Assembly (NCBI GenBank): GCA_039796775.1
Contig: JBDKJD010000006.1
Span: 1-52,028, forward strand
Direction: 5' to 3'
DNA length: 52,028 nucleotides
DNA from: Candidatus Parcubacteria bacterium
GTDB taxonomy: Bacteria; Patescibacteriota; Minisyncoccia; Phycocordibacterales; UBA5272
In this document: positions 8,108-17,476 of the stretch, piece by piece
How the letters are laid out: each line of letters begins with the position of its first letter
Numbering within the stretch: position 1 is the first letter of the stretch
The notes under the pieces: model-generated
The model's database searches: none
Told to the model about the DNA's origin: nothing
The model's input: only the letters and a program-made list of their open reading frames with translations
Made by a program: the position numbers and the translations under genes

Positions 8108-10786
8108 ATGAGTCTTAATGAAGTACAAGACAAGCTAGAGAATCTCTGTAAAAATATTTCACCAGAAGTGTTTATTTTTAATTTGCTGGAGATTTATGAA
8201 TTTCCAAAGACTACAATACTTAAATTAAAAAAAGAAACTGATCATTCTGTTGTTAAAATAAAAAACAAGCTCTATTTTAAAGTTACAACAACCGAAGAAG
8301 ATGAGCATGTTGCGGTAGATGATTTATCTAAAAACAAAGATGTTTTAAAACTTAATCCAAGATTTATCGTGGTGACAGATTACGATAACTTTGTTGCAAT
8401 TGATACGAAGAAAACTATCGATGATCCTTCTAGAACTTTAGATATAAAAATAACAGATCTTTATAAGCGTTACGATTTCTTTGCTCCGTGGCTTGGTGTT
8501 GAAAGTTATCAAGTTGATAAGGAGACAGTGGCTGATATAAAAGCGGCCAACAAGATGGCAAAGCTTTATGATCAGATACTTTCAGATAACCCAGACTTCT
8601 ACACCACTAATTCATCAGATTTAAATTTATTACTCTCACGTTTACTGTTTTGTTTTTTTGCTGAAGATACAGGAATTTTTGAGAAAAACTTGTTTACCAA
8701 TTCCGTACTTTCAAATTCAGATATAAGTGGAAGTAATCTTTCCGTATACATAGAGAGAGTTTTTGATGTTTTTAATATTGATTATAAAGATAGAACAGAA
8801 AAACATAGTGATATAAACAACTTCCCTTATGTAAACGGAGGTCTTTTTAAGGATCGCATTTCTATTCCAAAATTTACTAAAAAAACCAGAGACTTACTTG
8901 AGGATTGCGGTAATTTAGATTGGTCTGAAATTAATCCAGACATTTTTGGGTCAATGATTCAAGCCGTTGTGCACCCAAATCAAAGAGAGAACCTTGGAAT
9001 GCATTACACGTCAGTTCCTAACATAATGAAACTGATAAGGCCTCTTTTCCTAGATGACCTTTATGAAGATTATTTTAACAGTGTTGGAAATAGGAAGAAA
9101 TTAGAAGAGTTAAGAAAGAGAATTTCTAATATAAAAGTTTTTGATCCCGCTTGTGGATCAGGCAACTTTCTGATCATATCTTATAAGGAACTTTGTAAAC
9201 TGGAAGCTTTAATTTTGAAGCAAATTTTTGGTGATAATGATCGTTTGGATTTAGATATTACATTTTCTGCCATAACCCTAAATAATTTTTATGGTATAGA
9301 AATAGATGATTTTGCTCACGATGTTGCAAAACTTTCTTTATACCTTGCTCAACATCAGGTTAATGTGATGTTTGAAAAAGAATTCGGCAAATTAAAGCCA
9401 ATTCTTCCACTTAAAGAAAGTGGAAATATTAAATGTGCCAACTCTGCAAGATCAAACTGGGAAGAGTTTTGTCAAAATCAGGGGGAGGTTTATCTTGTTA
9501 GTAATCCTCCTTATTTAGGGGCTAGAGTTCAAGATATTACTCATAAAGAAGATATGAGTTTAGTTTTAAATAAGTTTGAATCATATAACAACCTAGATTA
9601 CATATCAGTATGGTTCGTAAAAGGTGCGTATTACATAAGTAATAATAAAAATGCAAAGCTTGCTTTTGTGTCTACAAATTCTGTTTGCCAAGGTGAACAG
9701 GTAGCACTTTTGTGGCCTAAAATCTTTGATCTTGGAGTAGAAATATTTTTTGCATATCAGTCATTTAAATGGCAAAATAATGCTAAACATAATGCTGGTG
9801 TAACTGTAATTATTGTTGGTTTGTGTAATGTTGGAATAGTAAAAAACAAAAAAATATTTATTGGTAATATTGAAACGAAAGCGAAAAATATTAATCCGTA
9901 TCTTTCTAATTCTGGTAATATTTATATTAAATCAAGAACATCACCCTTGTCAGATTTTCCAGAAATGAGCTTTGGAAGCATGCCAAATGACGGCGGCAAC
10001 CTCATGTTAGAAAATAACGAATATTCTGATTTAATAAAAAATGTACCTGGAGTAAAAAAGTTTGTAAGAAAAATTTTAGGAGCTGAAGAGTTCATTAGCG
10101 GGACAGAAAAATATTGTATATGGGTGGAAGATAAAGATTTAGAAGAAGCAAATAAGATTCCTTTTTTAAGAGATCGTTTTGATATGGTGTCTAAATTTAG
10201 AGATAAAAGCAGTAGAAAAGCAACACAGAAATTAGCTTTTTATTCACATAGGTTTGCAGAAAATAGACACAAAAACAAAAGTTGTATAGTTATACCTGGC
10301 ATCTCTTCAGAAAAAAGAACTTACATACCTATAGGATTTATTTCTAAGGAATATATAATCAATAACAGATGCTACATAATACCTACTGACGAAATTTATT
10401 TATTTGGTGTTTTAACTTCTTTGATGCACATGATTTGGGTTCGTGCTGTTGCTGGAAAATTAGAAACAAGATTAAGTTACTCTAAGGATATTGTATATAA
10501 CAATTTTCCATTTCCGAGTATTACACAAAAACAAAAAGAATTAATTACGAATCAGGTATACAACATTCTAGATGAAAGAGAGAAATACCCAGGAAAAACC
10601 TTCGCGGAACTTTATGATTCTGAAAAAATGCCACACGGCTTAAAACAAGCGCATGAATTTTTAGATGAGGTTATAGATAAAATTTATAGAGTAAAGCCAT
10701 TCGATAACGACGAAGAGAGGTTAGATCACCTCTTTAAACTCTACGAAGAAATGGTAGAAAAGGAGAAGCAGGAGAAGAAAAAATAG
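8108..10786 (+). CDS. yeeA: MmeI-family (type IIL-like) m6A DNA methyltransferase with target-recognition domain, YeeA/DnmA-like
   Basis: GMHYTS, FDPACGSGNF and SNPPY motifs; RLLFCFFAEDTGIF; C-terminal YNNFPFP...LYD. Alternative start at 8090. Confidence 0.88.
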   Translation: MSLNEVQDKLENLCKNISPEVFIFNLLEIYEFPKTTILKLKKETDHSVVKIKNKLYFKVTTTEEDEHVAVDDLSKNKDVLKLNPRFIVVTDYDNFVAIDTKKTIDDPSRTLDIKITDLYKRYDFFAPWLGVESYQVDKETVADIKAANKMAKLYDQILSDNPDFYTTNSSDLNLLLSRLLFCFFAEDTGIFEKNLFTNSVLSNSDISGSNLSVYIERVFDVFNIDYKDRTEKHSDINNFPYVNGGLFKDRISIPKFTKKTRDLLEDCGNLDWSEINPDIFGSMIQAVVHPNQRENLGMHYTSVPNIMKLIRPLFLDDLYEDYFNSVGNRKKLEELRKRISNIKVFDPACGSGNFLIISYKELCKLEALILKQIFGDNDRLDLDITFSAITLNNFYGIEIDDFAHDVAKLSLYLAQHQVNVMFEKEFGKLKPILPLKESGNIKCANSARSNWEEFCQNQGEVYLVSNPPYLGARVQDITHKEDMSLVLNKFESYNNLDYISVWFVKGAYYISNNKNAKLAFVSTNSVCQGEQVALLWPKIFDLGVEIFFAYQSFKWQNNAKHNAGVTVIIVGLCNVGIVKNKKIFIGNIETKAKNINPYLSNSGNIYIKSRTSPLSDFPEMSFGSMPNDGGNLMLENNEYSDLIKNVPGVKKFVRKILGAEEFISGTEKYCIWVEDKDLEEANKIPFLRDRFDMVSKFRDKSSRKATQKLAFYSHRFAENRHKNKSCIVIPGISSEKRTYIPIGFISKEYIINNRCYIIPTDEIYLFGVLTSLMHMIWVRAVAGKLETRLSYSKDIVYNNFPFPSITQKQKELITNQVYNILDEREKYPGKTFAELYDSEKMPHGLKQAHEFLDEVIDKIYRVKPFDNDEERLDHLFKLYEEMVEKEKQEKKK

Positions 10787-10809
10787 ATTAGTAATATAAA
10801 TAAAAAACC

Positions 10810-12762
10810 ATGCAACCAAACAAAACAATTCAAGTCGCAGAAGCTATATATGCACAGACAGGTCAAAGTACTAAACTTAATGAGTTTGGTATGCGTGAAA
10901 TGCAAGCAAAAGCATACGAAAAGAGAAGTTCAGAGTACCTTCTTATAAAAGCTCCACCGGCATCAGGAAAGTCTCGCGCACTTATGTTTATTGCTTTAGA
11001 TAAGCTACATAACCAAGGAATAAAAAAGGTTATTGTTGCTGTGCCAGAAAAATCTATCGGCGGATCTTTCTCTGAAACAAAACTTACTGAATATGGTTTT
11101 TTTGCTGATTGGGATGTAAATGATGATTACAATTTGTGCACCCCTGGAGGAGATGAAGGGAAGGTTAGTTTATTTGAAAAGTTTATGGATAATGATGAGA
11201 GAATTCTCATTTGTACTCACGCAACACTTCGCTATGCTGTTGCTAACATTCCAGACGAAAAGTTCAACAATACACTGCTCGCAATTGATGAATTTCATCA
11301 TGTGTCGGCTGATAAGGATACCAGTGTATTAGGTCAAACATTGCATGGAATAATGACAAATTCTAATGCGCACATTGTTGCAATGACAGGTTCATATTTT
11401 AGAGGTGATGGAGTTGCTGTCTTGTTGCCAGAAGACGAAGCTAAGTTTAGTAAAGTTACTTATAATTACTATCAGCAACTTAATGGATATACCTACTTAA
11501 AGTCTCTAGGTATCGGATATCATTTTTATCAGGGCAAATACACATCTGCAATAGCTGAAGTTTTGGATACTGATAAAAAAACTATTTTACATATACCAAA
11601 TGTGAATGCGGGTGAATCAACTAAAGATAAGTTAAATGAAGTAGATTTAATTATAGATACTATTGGAGAGTTTGATCATCAAGATAAAGAAACTGGTGTA
11701 ATTTATGTTAAACGAGACAAAGATGGCAAGATGATCAAAATAGCAAATCTTGTTGACGATTCGGTGGATAGAACACCCATACAAACATATTTAAGAAACA
11801 TTAAAAATGTTGATGATATGGATCTTATTATTGCACTAGGTATGGCAAAAGAAGGTTTTGACTGGCCTTTCTGTGAACATGCTTTAACAGTTGGTTACAG
11901 AAGCTCTCTTACTGAGATCATTCAAATTATTGGAAGATGTACCCGTGACAGTTCTAATAAGGTTCATGCACAGTTTACTAATCTTATTGCTCAACCAGAC
12001 GCAAAAGATATTGAAGTTAAAATATCAGTAAATAATATGCTAAAAGCGATTACTTGTTCACTTCTTATGGAGCAAGTAATGGCACCTCATTTTAACTTTA
12101 AAGTGAAGAGATCTTCGGAAGAAAAAGGGAACCCTGGAGATATTTTTATTAAAGGCTTTAAACAACCATCTACTCAAAAGGTTAAAGATATTCTAGAGTC
12201 AGATATAACTGATATAAAAGCTAAGATCTTTCAAGATGATCAAGTGGTTAAAGCGTTGCCAGGCAATATTGATCCTGAAGTTATTAATAAAGTTTTAATT
12301 CCAAAAATAATAAAGGAAAAATATCCAGATCTTACCGATGAAGAGGTTGAAGAAGTCAGGCAACACATCGTTGCAGACTCTGTACTCAAAACAAGTAAAA
12401 TTAAAACCGAGGGTGATAAAAAGTTTATTATTATGGCTGGAGGGTTTGTTAATATTGAAGATTTAAATATCGATCTAATCGATAAAATTAACCCTTTCCA
12501 AGATGCTTACGAGATTCTTTCAAAGTCTGTTACTTCTAATGTATTAAGAGTTATTCAGGAGACCGTGTTGGCTAGTAGAATTGAAATGTCTGAAGAGGAG
12601 GCAAAACTTTTATGGGCTGAAAAAAAGATTCAGGAATTTACTAAAAACAATAACGGTAACCATCCAGATATTAAGTCAGATGATCCTATTGAAAGAAGAT
12701 ACGCTGAAGCTGTTGTGATACTAAAGCGAATGAAGGCACAAGGTAAAGAAATTTATGGATAA
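10810..12762 (+). CDS. yeeB: SF2 DEAD/DEAH-type helicase/ATPase, YeeB-like
   Basis: APPASGKS Walker A; DEFHH; MTGS; EGFD; QIIGRCTR; second gene of the operon. Confidence 0.85.
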   Translation: MQPNKTIQVAEAIYAQTGQSTKLNEFGMREMQAKAYEKRSSEYLLIKAPPASGKSRALMFIALDKLHNQGIKKVIVAVPEKSIGGSFSETKLTEYGFFADWDVNDDYNLCTPGGDEGKVSLFEKFMDNDERILICTHATLRYAVANIPDEKFNNTLLAIDEFHHVSADKDTSVLGQTLHGIMTNSNAHIVAMTGSYFRGDGVAVLLPEDEAKFSKVTYNYYQQLNGYTYLKSLGIGYHFYQGKYTSAIAEVLDTDKKTILHIPNVNAGESTKDKLNEVDLIIDTIGEFDHQDKETGVIYVKRDKDGKMIKIANLVDDSVDRTPIQTYLRNIKNVDDMDLIIALGMAKEGFDWPFCEHALTVGYRSSLTEIIQIIGRCTRDSSNKVHAQFTNLIAQPDAKDIEVKISVNNMLKAITCSLLMEQVMAPHFNFKVKRSSEEKGNPGDIFIKGFKQPSTQKVKDILESDITDIKAKIFQDDQVVKALPGNIDPEVINKVLIPKIIKEKYPDLTDEEVEEVRQHIVADSVLKTSKIKTEGDKKFIIMAGGFVNIEDLNIDLIDKINPFQDAYEILSKSVTSNVLRVIQETVLASRIEMSEEEAKLLWAEKKIQEFTKNNNGNHPDIKSDDPIERRYAEAVVILKRMKAQGKEIYG

Positions 12763-13873
12763 AGATTTTTACAATCTACTTCAAGATGATGAGTTTGGTT
12801 TATTAGTAGAAAAACCAAAAAATAAACCTATTACTGAAAATGATAGGATTGTAGAATCTTTTCTAGAAATCGTAGATTTTTACAAAGAACATAATAGACT
12901 TCCTGAATTAAACGATATTCATGAAAGAAAGTTATCTGTAAGGTTGAAAATGTTTCAAGACAACAAGGAATCCTATTCTTTTTTACAAAATTATGACGAA
13001 TTTAGCCTTCTAGAGAATAATCTAGAAGAAACTAAGGTAGATGATGATTTTGGTCTGCTTGATTTATCTGATGATGACTATTCTATTTCAAAAGTTATAA
13101 ATGTTCCTGAGATTTCTAAAGATAGATCAGATCCTGATTTAATAGCAAAGAGAATAAAGTGTGATGATTTTGATAAATTTGAGCCATTATTTATTGATTG
13201 TCAGAATAAATTAAAAAGTGGAGCGTATTCTTTATCTAGTTTTGTAGAATCTGAAATGAAAGAAGGAGATTTCTTTGTTCAAAATGGCATGCTTATTTAT
13301 ATAGATAAAATTTACGATCCATATAGAGGTAATAGTAACAAAATAAATAAAAGGACTCGCTGTATTTATGAAAATGGACTCGAGTCAAATGCACTATTAA
13401 GGTCACTTGGTAAGAGTTTGTCTGCTAATGGTTTTGCTATTAAAAAAGCAGGTCAAATAAATTCAGATGATATCGATTCTGGTTACATTTATATTCTAAA
13501 ATCTTTAAGTTCTGATCCAAGAATTCAAAATACGAAAGATCTATACAAGATTGGTTTTTCTACTACAGAAGTGGAAGAGAGAATAAAAAATGCAGAGAAG
13601 GACCCAACGTACCTAATGGCGCCTGTTCATCTTGTAGAAAAGATAAAATGTTTTAATCTTGATCCTCATAGATTTGAAAGATTGGTTCATAGATTTTTTG
13701 GAGAAGTTTGTCTCGATCTTCAGATATCAGACAATAATGGAATGTTATATACGCCAAAAGAGTGGTTTTCTGTACCTATTACAGTTATTGAACAAGCTAT
13801 AGATTTAATAATATCTGGTGACATTATTAATTATGAGTACGATAAGTTTACAAGGACAATAATAAAGAAATAA
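12755..13873 (+). CDS. yeeC: GIY-YIG-fold nuclease (T5orf172/MUG113 domain), YeeC-like
   Basis: GYIYILKS...LYKIGFST...ERI...EWF; overlaps the helicase stop codon. Confidence 0.85.
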   Translation: MDKDFYNLLQDDEFGLLVEKPKNKPITENDRIVESFLEIVDFYKEHNRLPELNDIHERKLSVRLKMFQDNKESYSFLQNYDEFSLLENNLEETKVDDDFGLLDLSDDDYSISKVINVPEISKDRSDPDLIAKRIKCDDFDKFEPLFIDCQNKLKSGAYSLSSFVESEMKEGDFFVQNGMLIYIDKIYDPYRGNSNKINKRTRCIYENGLESNALLRSLGKSLSANGFAIKKAGQINSDDIDSGYIYILKSLSSDPRIQNTKDLYKIGFSTTEVEERIKNAEKDPTYLMAPVHLVEKIKCFNLDPHRFERLVHRFFGEVCLDLQISDNNGMLYTPKEWFSVPITVIEQAIDLIISGDIINYEYDKFTRTIIKK

Positions 13874-13885
13874 GCATATTTACCT

Positions 13886-13928
13886 AAATACTTAAAAACT
13901 GCCTTTCTGGGGCAGTTTTTAAGTATTT
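13886..13928. terminator. Bidirectional intrinsic terminator between the yeeABC-like operon and tRNA-Glu
   Basis: Perfect 18-bp inverted repeat AAATACTTAAAAACTGCC / GGCAGTTTTTAAGTATTT. Confidence 0.8.
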
Positions 13929-13960
13929 GCTGGTATCCTTCTCGTGATACCTGCTGAAGG

Positions 13961-14032
13961 TGACCTCACGGGGAATCGAACCCCGCTTCCAGGCATGAGA
14001 AGCCTGTGTCCTAACCGATAGACGATGAGGCC
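13961..14032 (-). tRNA. tRNA-Glu (anticodon CTC)
   Basis: Cloverleaf GGCCTCA...TGAGGTC-A; anticodon arm CAGGC-TTCTCAT-GCCTG; T-loop TTCGATT; followed by CCT rather than CCA. Confidence 0.95.
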
Positions 14033-14084
14033 ATGTAATATGGCGTATTGTATTGTAAGCGTGCTTCGATTCTCAATTATAAGA

Positions 14085-14228
14085 GGGGAATCGGTCAAAA
14101 CTATTTTTTTACTAAAAAATGTTTCGACCCTGCCTCGTGTCGCCACACTCCGGCCTTGCGAACTGAGGTTTGCTCAGTTCTCACCCCGCTTCCAGGACAG
14201 AGATTGCTGTGTCCTAGCCGATAGGGCC
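14085..14228 (-). pseudogene. Degenerate tRNA-Glu copy split in the T-loop by a ~90-nt hairpin-rich insert
   Basis: CTATCGGCTAGGACACAG...CCTGGAAGCGGGGT matches the 5' part of the intact tRNA-Glu; the T-arm remainder GATTCCCC resumes after the insert at 14085-14092. Confidence 0.75.
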
Positions 14229-14411
14229 GCATAAACCCAGTTGATAGTTACTAGTCTTTAGTTATTAGTGAACTTAAAATACTTAAAAAACTAATAAAAC
14301 AACAGTAGGGGAATAATAACACAGATTTTTGTCTTTTGCAAATAAGCTATATAAATCAATGATTTGTAGGTACTATCACTTGACAATATGCTTTATTTTG
14401 TTGTGTAATGC

Positions 14412-14440
14412 TTGACTTTTGGTCTCGTGCGTGCTATAAT
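14412..14440 (+). promoter_or_regulatory. Sigma70-type promoter
   Basis: TTGACT-17 nt-TATAAT with TG extension. Confidence 0.75.
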
Positions 14441-14547
14441 TTATATCACAATACAATAGTGAGTAAGTAAAGTTACCGATTCAGGTATTTATTTTTCACT
14501 AAAAAATTCCAGTCACGATTCGTTTAGGAGAGCGTAACTCCATAACT

Positions 14548-15087
14548 ATGATAAAAAATTTCTACAAGGTTACTCAGATTCTCGCGTTTGTGCCTTTCAT
14601 GGCTATGCCGAGCGTTTCAGTTTCCTCTAATATTGGCTCACTCGATACTGCCCCTATAGCAAAGGAAGTTGTTTCGATTGAAGATATCCGTGAAGCACGT
14701 GCAGAAGCTATTGATTCTTATTTTAAGGATAGATCAATGCCGCTGTATGGTACGGGAATGACATTCGTCTTAGTTGCTGAAAAGTATGGTCTCGACTGGA
14801 GACTTATGCCGTCAATCGGTGTACGTGAGTCATCGGGCGGCAAGAACGATTGTGGATATAATCCATTCGGATGGGGATCGTGTAAGTTACATAACTTCCA
14901 TAGTTATGAAGAAGCGATCGAATCCCTTGGACGCAACCTAGGAGGTGCGAACAAGAATACCGCTCGTTACTATGCCGGCAAGACTACCTATGAGAAGCTC
15001 TACTACTATAACGGAACCGTAGTCCCTAGCTATCCAAATGAAGTTATCGCTATCATGAATAAAATAGAAAGAGAATATCTCGATTAA
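14548..15087 (+). CDS. Secreted lysozyme-fold / glucosaminidase-like peptidoglycan hydrolase
   Basis: Signal peptide; YGLDWRLMPSIGVRESSGG catalytic Glu motif; NPFGWG; YYN. Confidence 0.7.
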   Translation: MIKNFYKVTQILAFVPFMAMPSVSVSSNIGSLDTAPIAKEVVSIEDIREARAEAIDSYFKDRSMPLYGTGMTFVLVAEKYGLDWRLMPSIGVRESSGGKNDCGYNPFGWGSCKLHNFHSYEEAIESLGRNLGGANKNTARYYAGKTTYEKLYYYNGTVVPSYPNEVIAIMNKIEREYLD

Positions 15088-15109
15088 TACAGATACTGAT
15101 CACAGAAAT

Positions 15110-15140
15110 AACAAAAGCGCCCCGAAGGGGCGCTTTTGTT
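15110..15140. terminator. Intrinsic terminator
   Basis: AACAAAAGCGCCCC-GAA-GGGGCGCTTTTGTT. Confidence 0.85.
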
Positions 15141-15197
15141 TTGTATCTGGTGTACGTTGTGCTAGAATACTGCTTATCTTTTCGAAAGGAGATGAGT

Positions 15198-15467
15198 ATG
15201 TCTTTGTTCTTGGTGCCTTGTTCTTTTTATCACTTGGTTTTACAGTTGGCTGTGATCCAAACAGGTGTGAAGCTTTTCAATATCACACCTTTGCCTCCTG
15301 TTGGTGGCGGACGTAAGCGACAGGTGGAAGCTAAACCGGTAGTGCTTAAAGCTGATCGCTATGGCGCACGTAGTCGATCTCCACATGGTGGGTTGGCAGT
15401 CTTGCGTCAAGAGGCACGCCTCAATAACCCAGCTCGTCCAAGAAGACGTAACGGCAGCAGAAAGTGA
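15198..15467 (+). CDS. Small Arg-rich hypothetical protein
   Basis: AAGGAG 6 nt before ATG 15198; TGCTAGAAT -10 element upstream; bracketed by terminators. Confidence 0.45.
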   Translation: MSLFLVPCSFYHLVLQLAVIQTGVKLFNITPLPPVGGGRKRQVEAKPVVLKADRYGARSRSPHGGLAVLRQEARLNNPARPRRRNGSRK

Positions 15468-15487
15468 ATCTCCACTTCTCTGATCAA

Positions 15488-15513
15488 AAAAGCTCCCTCA
15501 TGAGGGAGCTTTT
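15488..15513. terminator. Bidirectional intrinsic terminator
   Basis: AAAAGCTCCCTC-AT-GAGGGAGCTTTT between convergent genes. Confidence 0.8.
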
Positions 15514-15565
15514 GTTGTGTCTACACTTAAGTGCTAAAAGCCAAGAGCTAAAGGCTGTTCTCTCT

Positions 15566-15874
15566 TTATTCTGCCTTCTTATCAATTTTATTGATTGGAG
15601 ACTTCACAAAGACGAAGTACACAACTGCGAGCACCGCAACAAAGTCGATAAGACTTGAGATGAATGCTCCGTACTTAAATGTGATCTGTGTCATAGGAAC
15701 AGTGTATGCAAGAGCATTTAGGTTTCCCGCCGCACCTGTTACTGCACCAATGAGTGGGTTAATGAGGTTCTCTACAACAGAGTTAACAATCTTGGTAACA
15801 GCGCCACCCATGATGATGCCGACCGCTAATCCGAGCACACCTTTCTCACGAATAAAAGTAATGAATTCTTTCAT
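15566..15874 (-). CDS. mscL: Large-conductance mechanosensitive channel
   Basis: MKEFITFIREKGVLGLAVGIIMGGAVTKIVNSVVENLINP and YGAFISSLIDF match the MscL pattern. Confidence 0.92.
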   Translation of the reverse strand: MKEFITFIREKGVLGLAVGIIMGGAVTKIVNSVVENLINPLIGAVTGAAGNLNALAYTVPMTQITFKYGAFISSLIDFVAVLAVVYFVFVKSPINKIDKKAE

Positions 15875-16051
15875 ATAATTAGTTGATAGTTACTAGTTAA
15901 TTGTTGTTAGTGGATACGATATTAAGTTTACCGCTTTTATAATTTCGTTGACAGTTTTAGAGGGTGAGAAAGTATGATAGAATAGGAAAACTTTCTTATA
16001 GAAAGTGTGTAAAGCGTGTACTAAGTGTGTCGGTTTGAAAAGTGTTTAAAT

Positions 16052-16139
16052 GGAGACGTGGCTGAGCTGGTCTAAGGCACCTCACTGCTAACGAGGCGAG
16101 GGTTTACACCCTCCGAGAGTTCGAATCTCTCCGTCTCCG
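16052..16139 (+). tRNA. tRNA-Ser (anticodon GCT)
   Basis: Acceptor GGAGACG/CGTCTCC-G; CTGCTAA loop; long variable arm GAGGG-TTTACA-CCCTC; T-loop TTCGAAT. Confidence 0.95.
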
Positions 16140-16141
16140 CA

Positions 16142-16182
16142 TATACAAAAATCTCTAGGTTCTTCCTAGAGATTTTTGTATA
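16142..16182 (+). terminator. Long hairpin directly after tRNA-Ser
   Basis: Perfect 18-bp stem TATACAAAAATCTCTAGG-TTCTT-CCTAGAGATTTTTGTATA. Confidence 0.75.
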
Positions 16183-16184
16183 CT

Positions 16185-16284
16185 GACGGAGCAATAGAAG
16201 CACATGACCTGCGTCATGTGCGTGAGATGAGAATAGGGGTCGCAAGACTTTATCGAGAAGCTTGCGACGAGAAGCTTTGTGATA
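16185..16284 (+). repeat. tRNA-associated structured repeat, copy A
   Basis: GCACATGAC-CTGC-GTCATGTGC hairpin plus GAATAGGGGTCGC; a 25-nt block is identical to 38679-38703 on the minus strand. Confidence 0.8.
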
Positions 16285-16409
16285 GTTTTTTATGCTTACC
16301 ACAAGAAGTAGAATGAAAGAAATTAAAGGGGAGTAAGAGGGAATCTTGTCACAATAGAAAGAGTTGGCGGTTATTGTAGGTATAGGAAACCTTTTTCTAC
16401 ACAACAATC

Positions 16410-17360
16410 ATGCAATTCGTTATCTCTTTTTCAGCACTCCTTGTCTCATTTTTCTTGAGCGATGTTTCTGTCTACGCTCTCACTGAGAAGCAGACGGCGA
16501 GATTTTTTAATGGACCAACGGTTGTGGCGATTGGCTCAAGTGATGCGACATTTAACCTCTCTCAAGCCGTGTTGGCTAACATGACAGAAGAGGAAAAGAA
16601 GGCTGTTTATTTTGAATACTTTGAGACCAATCAGGTGTGTATCATGATCTACCCAACCCCAGAATATTGTCTTCCAAAGAAAACCACGGTTGGATCAACT
16701 ACGGTCACAGTGCCTTCTCTTAAGCCTAATACTTCGTATACGGTACGTTACAAAATTGATAACACGATACAGTGTGTAACTACCCCGTGTCCTATGAATG
16801 GTTTTGAGAGTTTGTCAGTAGAGTTCACTACCAAAGAAAAGGACGGTGCCCCAATGGTACATAGTCTTACTAAGAATCTGTGGCTTGGATCTCGCGGCGA
16901 AGAGGTGAGAATATTACAGAGTTTTTTGAAAGAAAGGGGATACTTTTCGGGTGATGTTACTGGATACTTCGGTGGTCTTACTGTGAAAGCAGTACGTGCG
17001 TATCAAAAAGAAAATAATATTACTCAATCAGGGACAGTTGGTCCTCTCACTAGAAAATCTATACAAAAGAAAATGGATAACGGAGCAAGTGTATCATCTC
17101 AAGGAGAACGTTTTGAGGGCACGATAACTGCATACTCTACAGCATGCTTTGCAGACGGTGAATGTAGTATCACTGTTGATGGGAAGAAAGTTATTACTAC
17201 TATTGGTTGGTCACAAGCTGTTGTTGGGAGATTGCTCGGAGTCGACAGTATCGGTGATATAGAAAACAAAATAGGACGTAATGCAAAAGTGTATGCTAAG
17301 AAAACAGAAGGAGGGTATACGCTCTATGGCAGCAAAGAATACTTCGTAGAAGTACGTTAA
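16410..17360 (+). CDS. Secreted protein with Fn3-like region and peptidoglycan-binding domain (PG_binding_1)
   Basis: Signal peptide; LKPNTSYTVR; LWLGSRGEEVRILQSFL...TGYFGGLTVKAVRAYQ...GTVGPLT. Confidence 0.8.
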   Translation: MQFVISFSALLVSFFLSDVSVYALTEKQTARFFNGPTVVAIGSSDATFNLSQAVLANMTEEEKKAVYFEYFETNQVCIMIYPTPEYCLPKKTTVGSTTVTVPSLKPNTSYTVRYKIDNTIQCVTTPCPMNGFESLSVEFTTKEKDGAPMVHSLTKNLWLGSRGEEVRILQSFLKERGYFSGDVTGYFGGLTVKAVRAYQKENNITQSGTVGPLTRKSIQKKMDNGASVSSQGERFEGTITAYSTACFADGECSITVDGKKVITTIGWSQAVVGRLLGVDSIGDIENKIGRNAKVYAKKTEGGYTLYGSKEYFVEVR

Positions 17361-17476
17361 TAGCGAGCCTGTGTATAACCCTTCTTATCAAGGAGGGAAT
17401 ATTCTCCTACACTTAAGAGGTACTCAAAATAATCTAGTATTTTTGACACAGTTACTAATTAATATATATTAATACA

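Larger units (their letters stand above)
1..13960. mobile_element. AT-rich genomic island / phage-related integrative element at the 3' end of tRNA-Glu; left boundary lies outside the window
   Basis: Contains TerS/TerL, a phage-type methyltransferase, a large serine recombinase and an RM-like operon. It is visibly more AT-rich than the rest of the window and ends at the tRNA-Glu 3' end. No second att copy is visible inside the window. Confidence 0.75.

Noticed and set aside
14093-14182. Self-splicing or canonical tRNA intron
   Set aside because: It is too short for a group I/II intron, and the surrounding tRNA copy has lost acceptor- and anticodon-stem pairing, so splicing would not give a functional tRNA.
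13919-14234. Short ORFs over tRNA-Glu, and likewise 16072-16407, 38685-38879 and 41278-41466
   Set aside because: They overlap tRNA genes and their structured flanks, so they are spurious.
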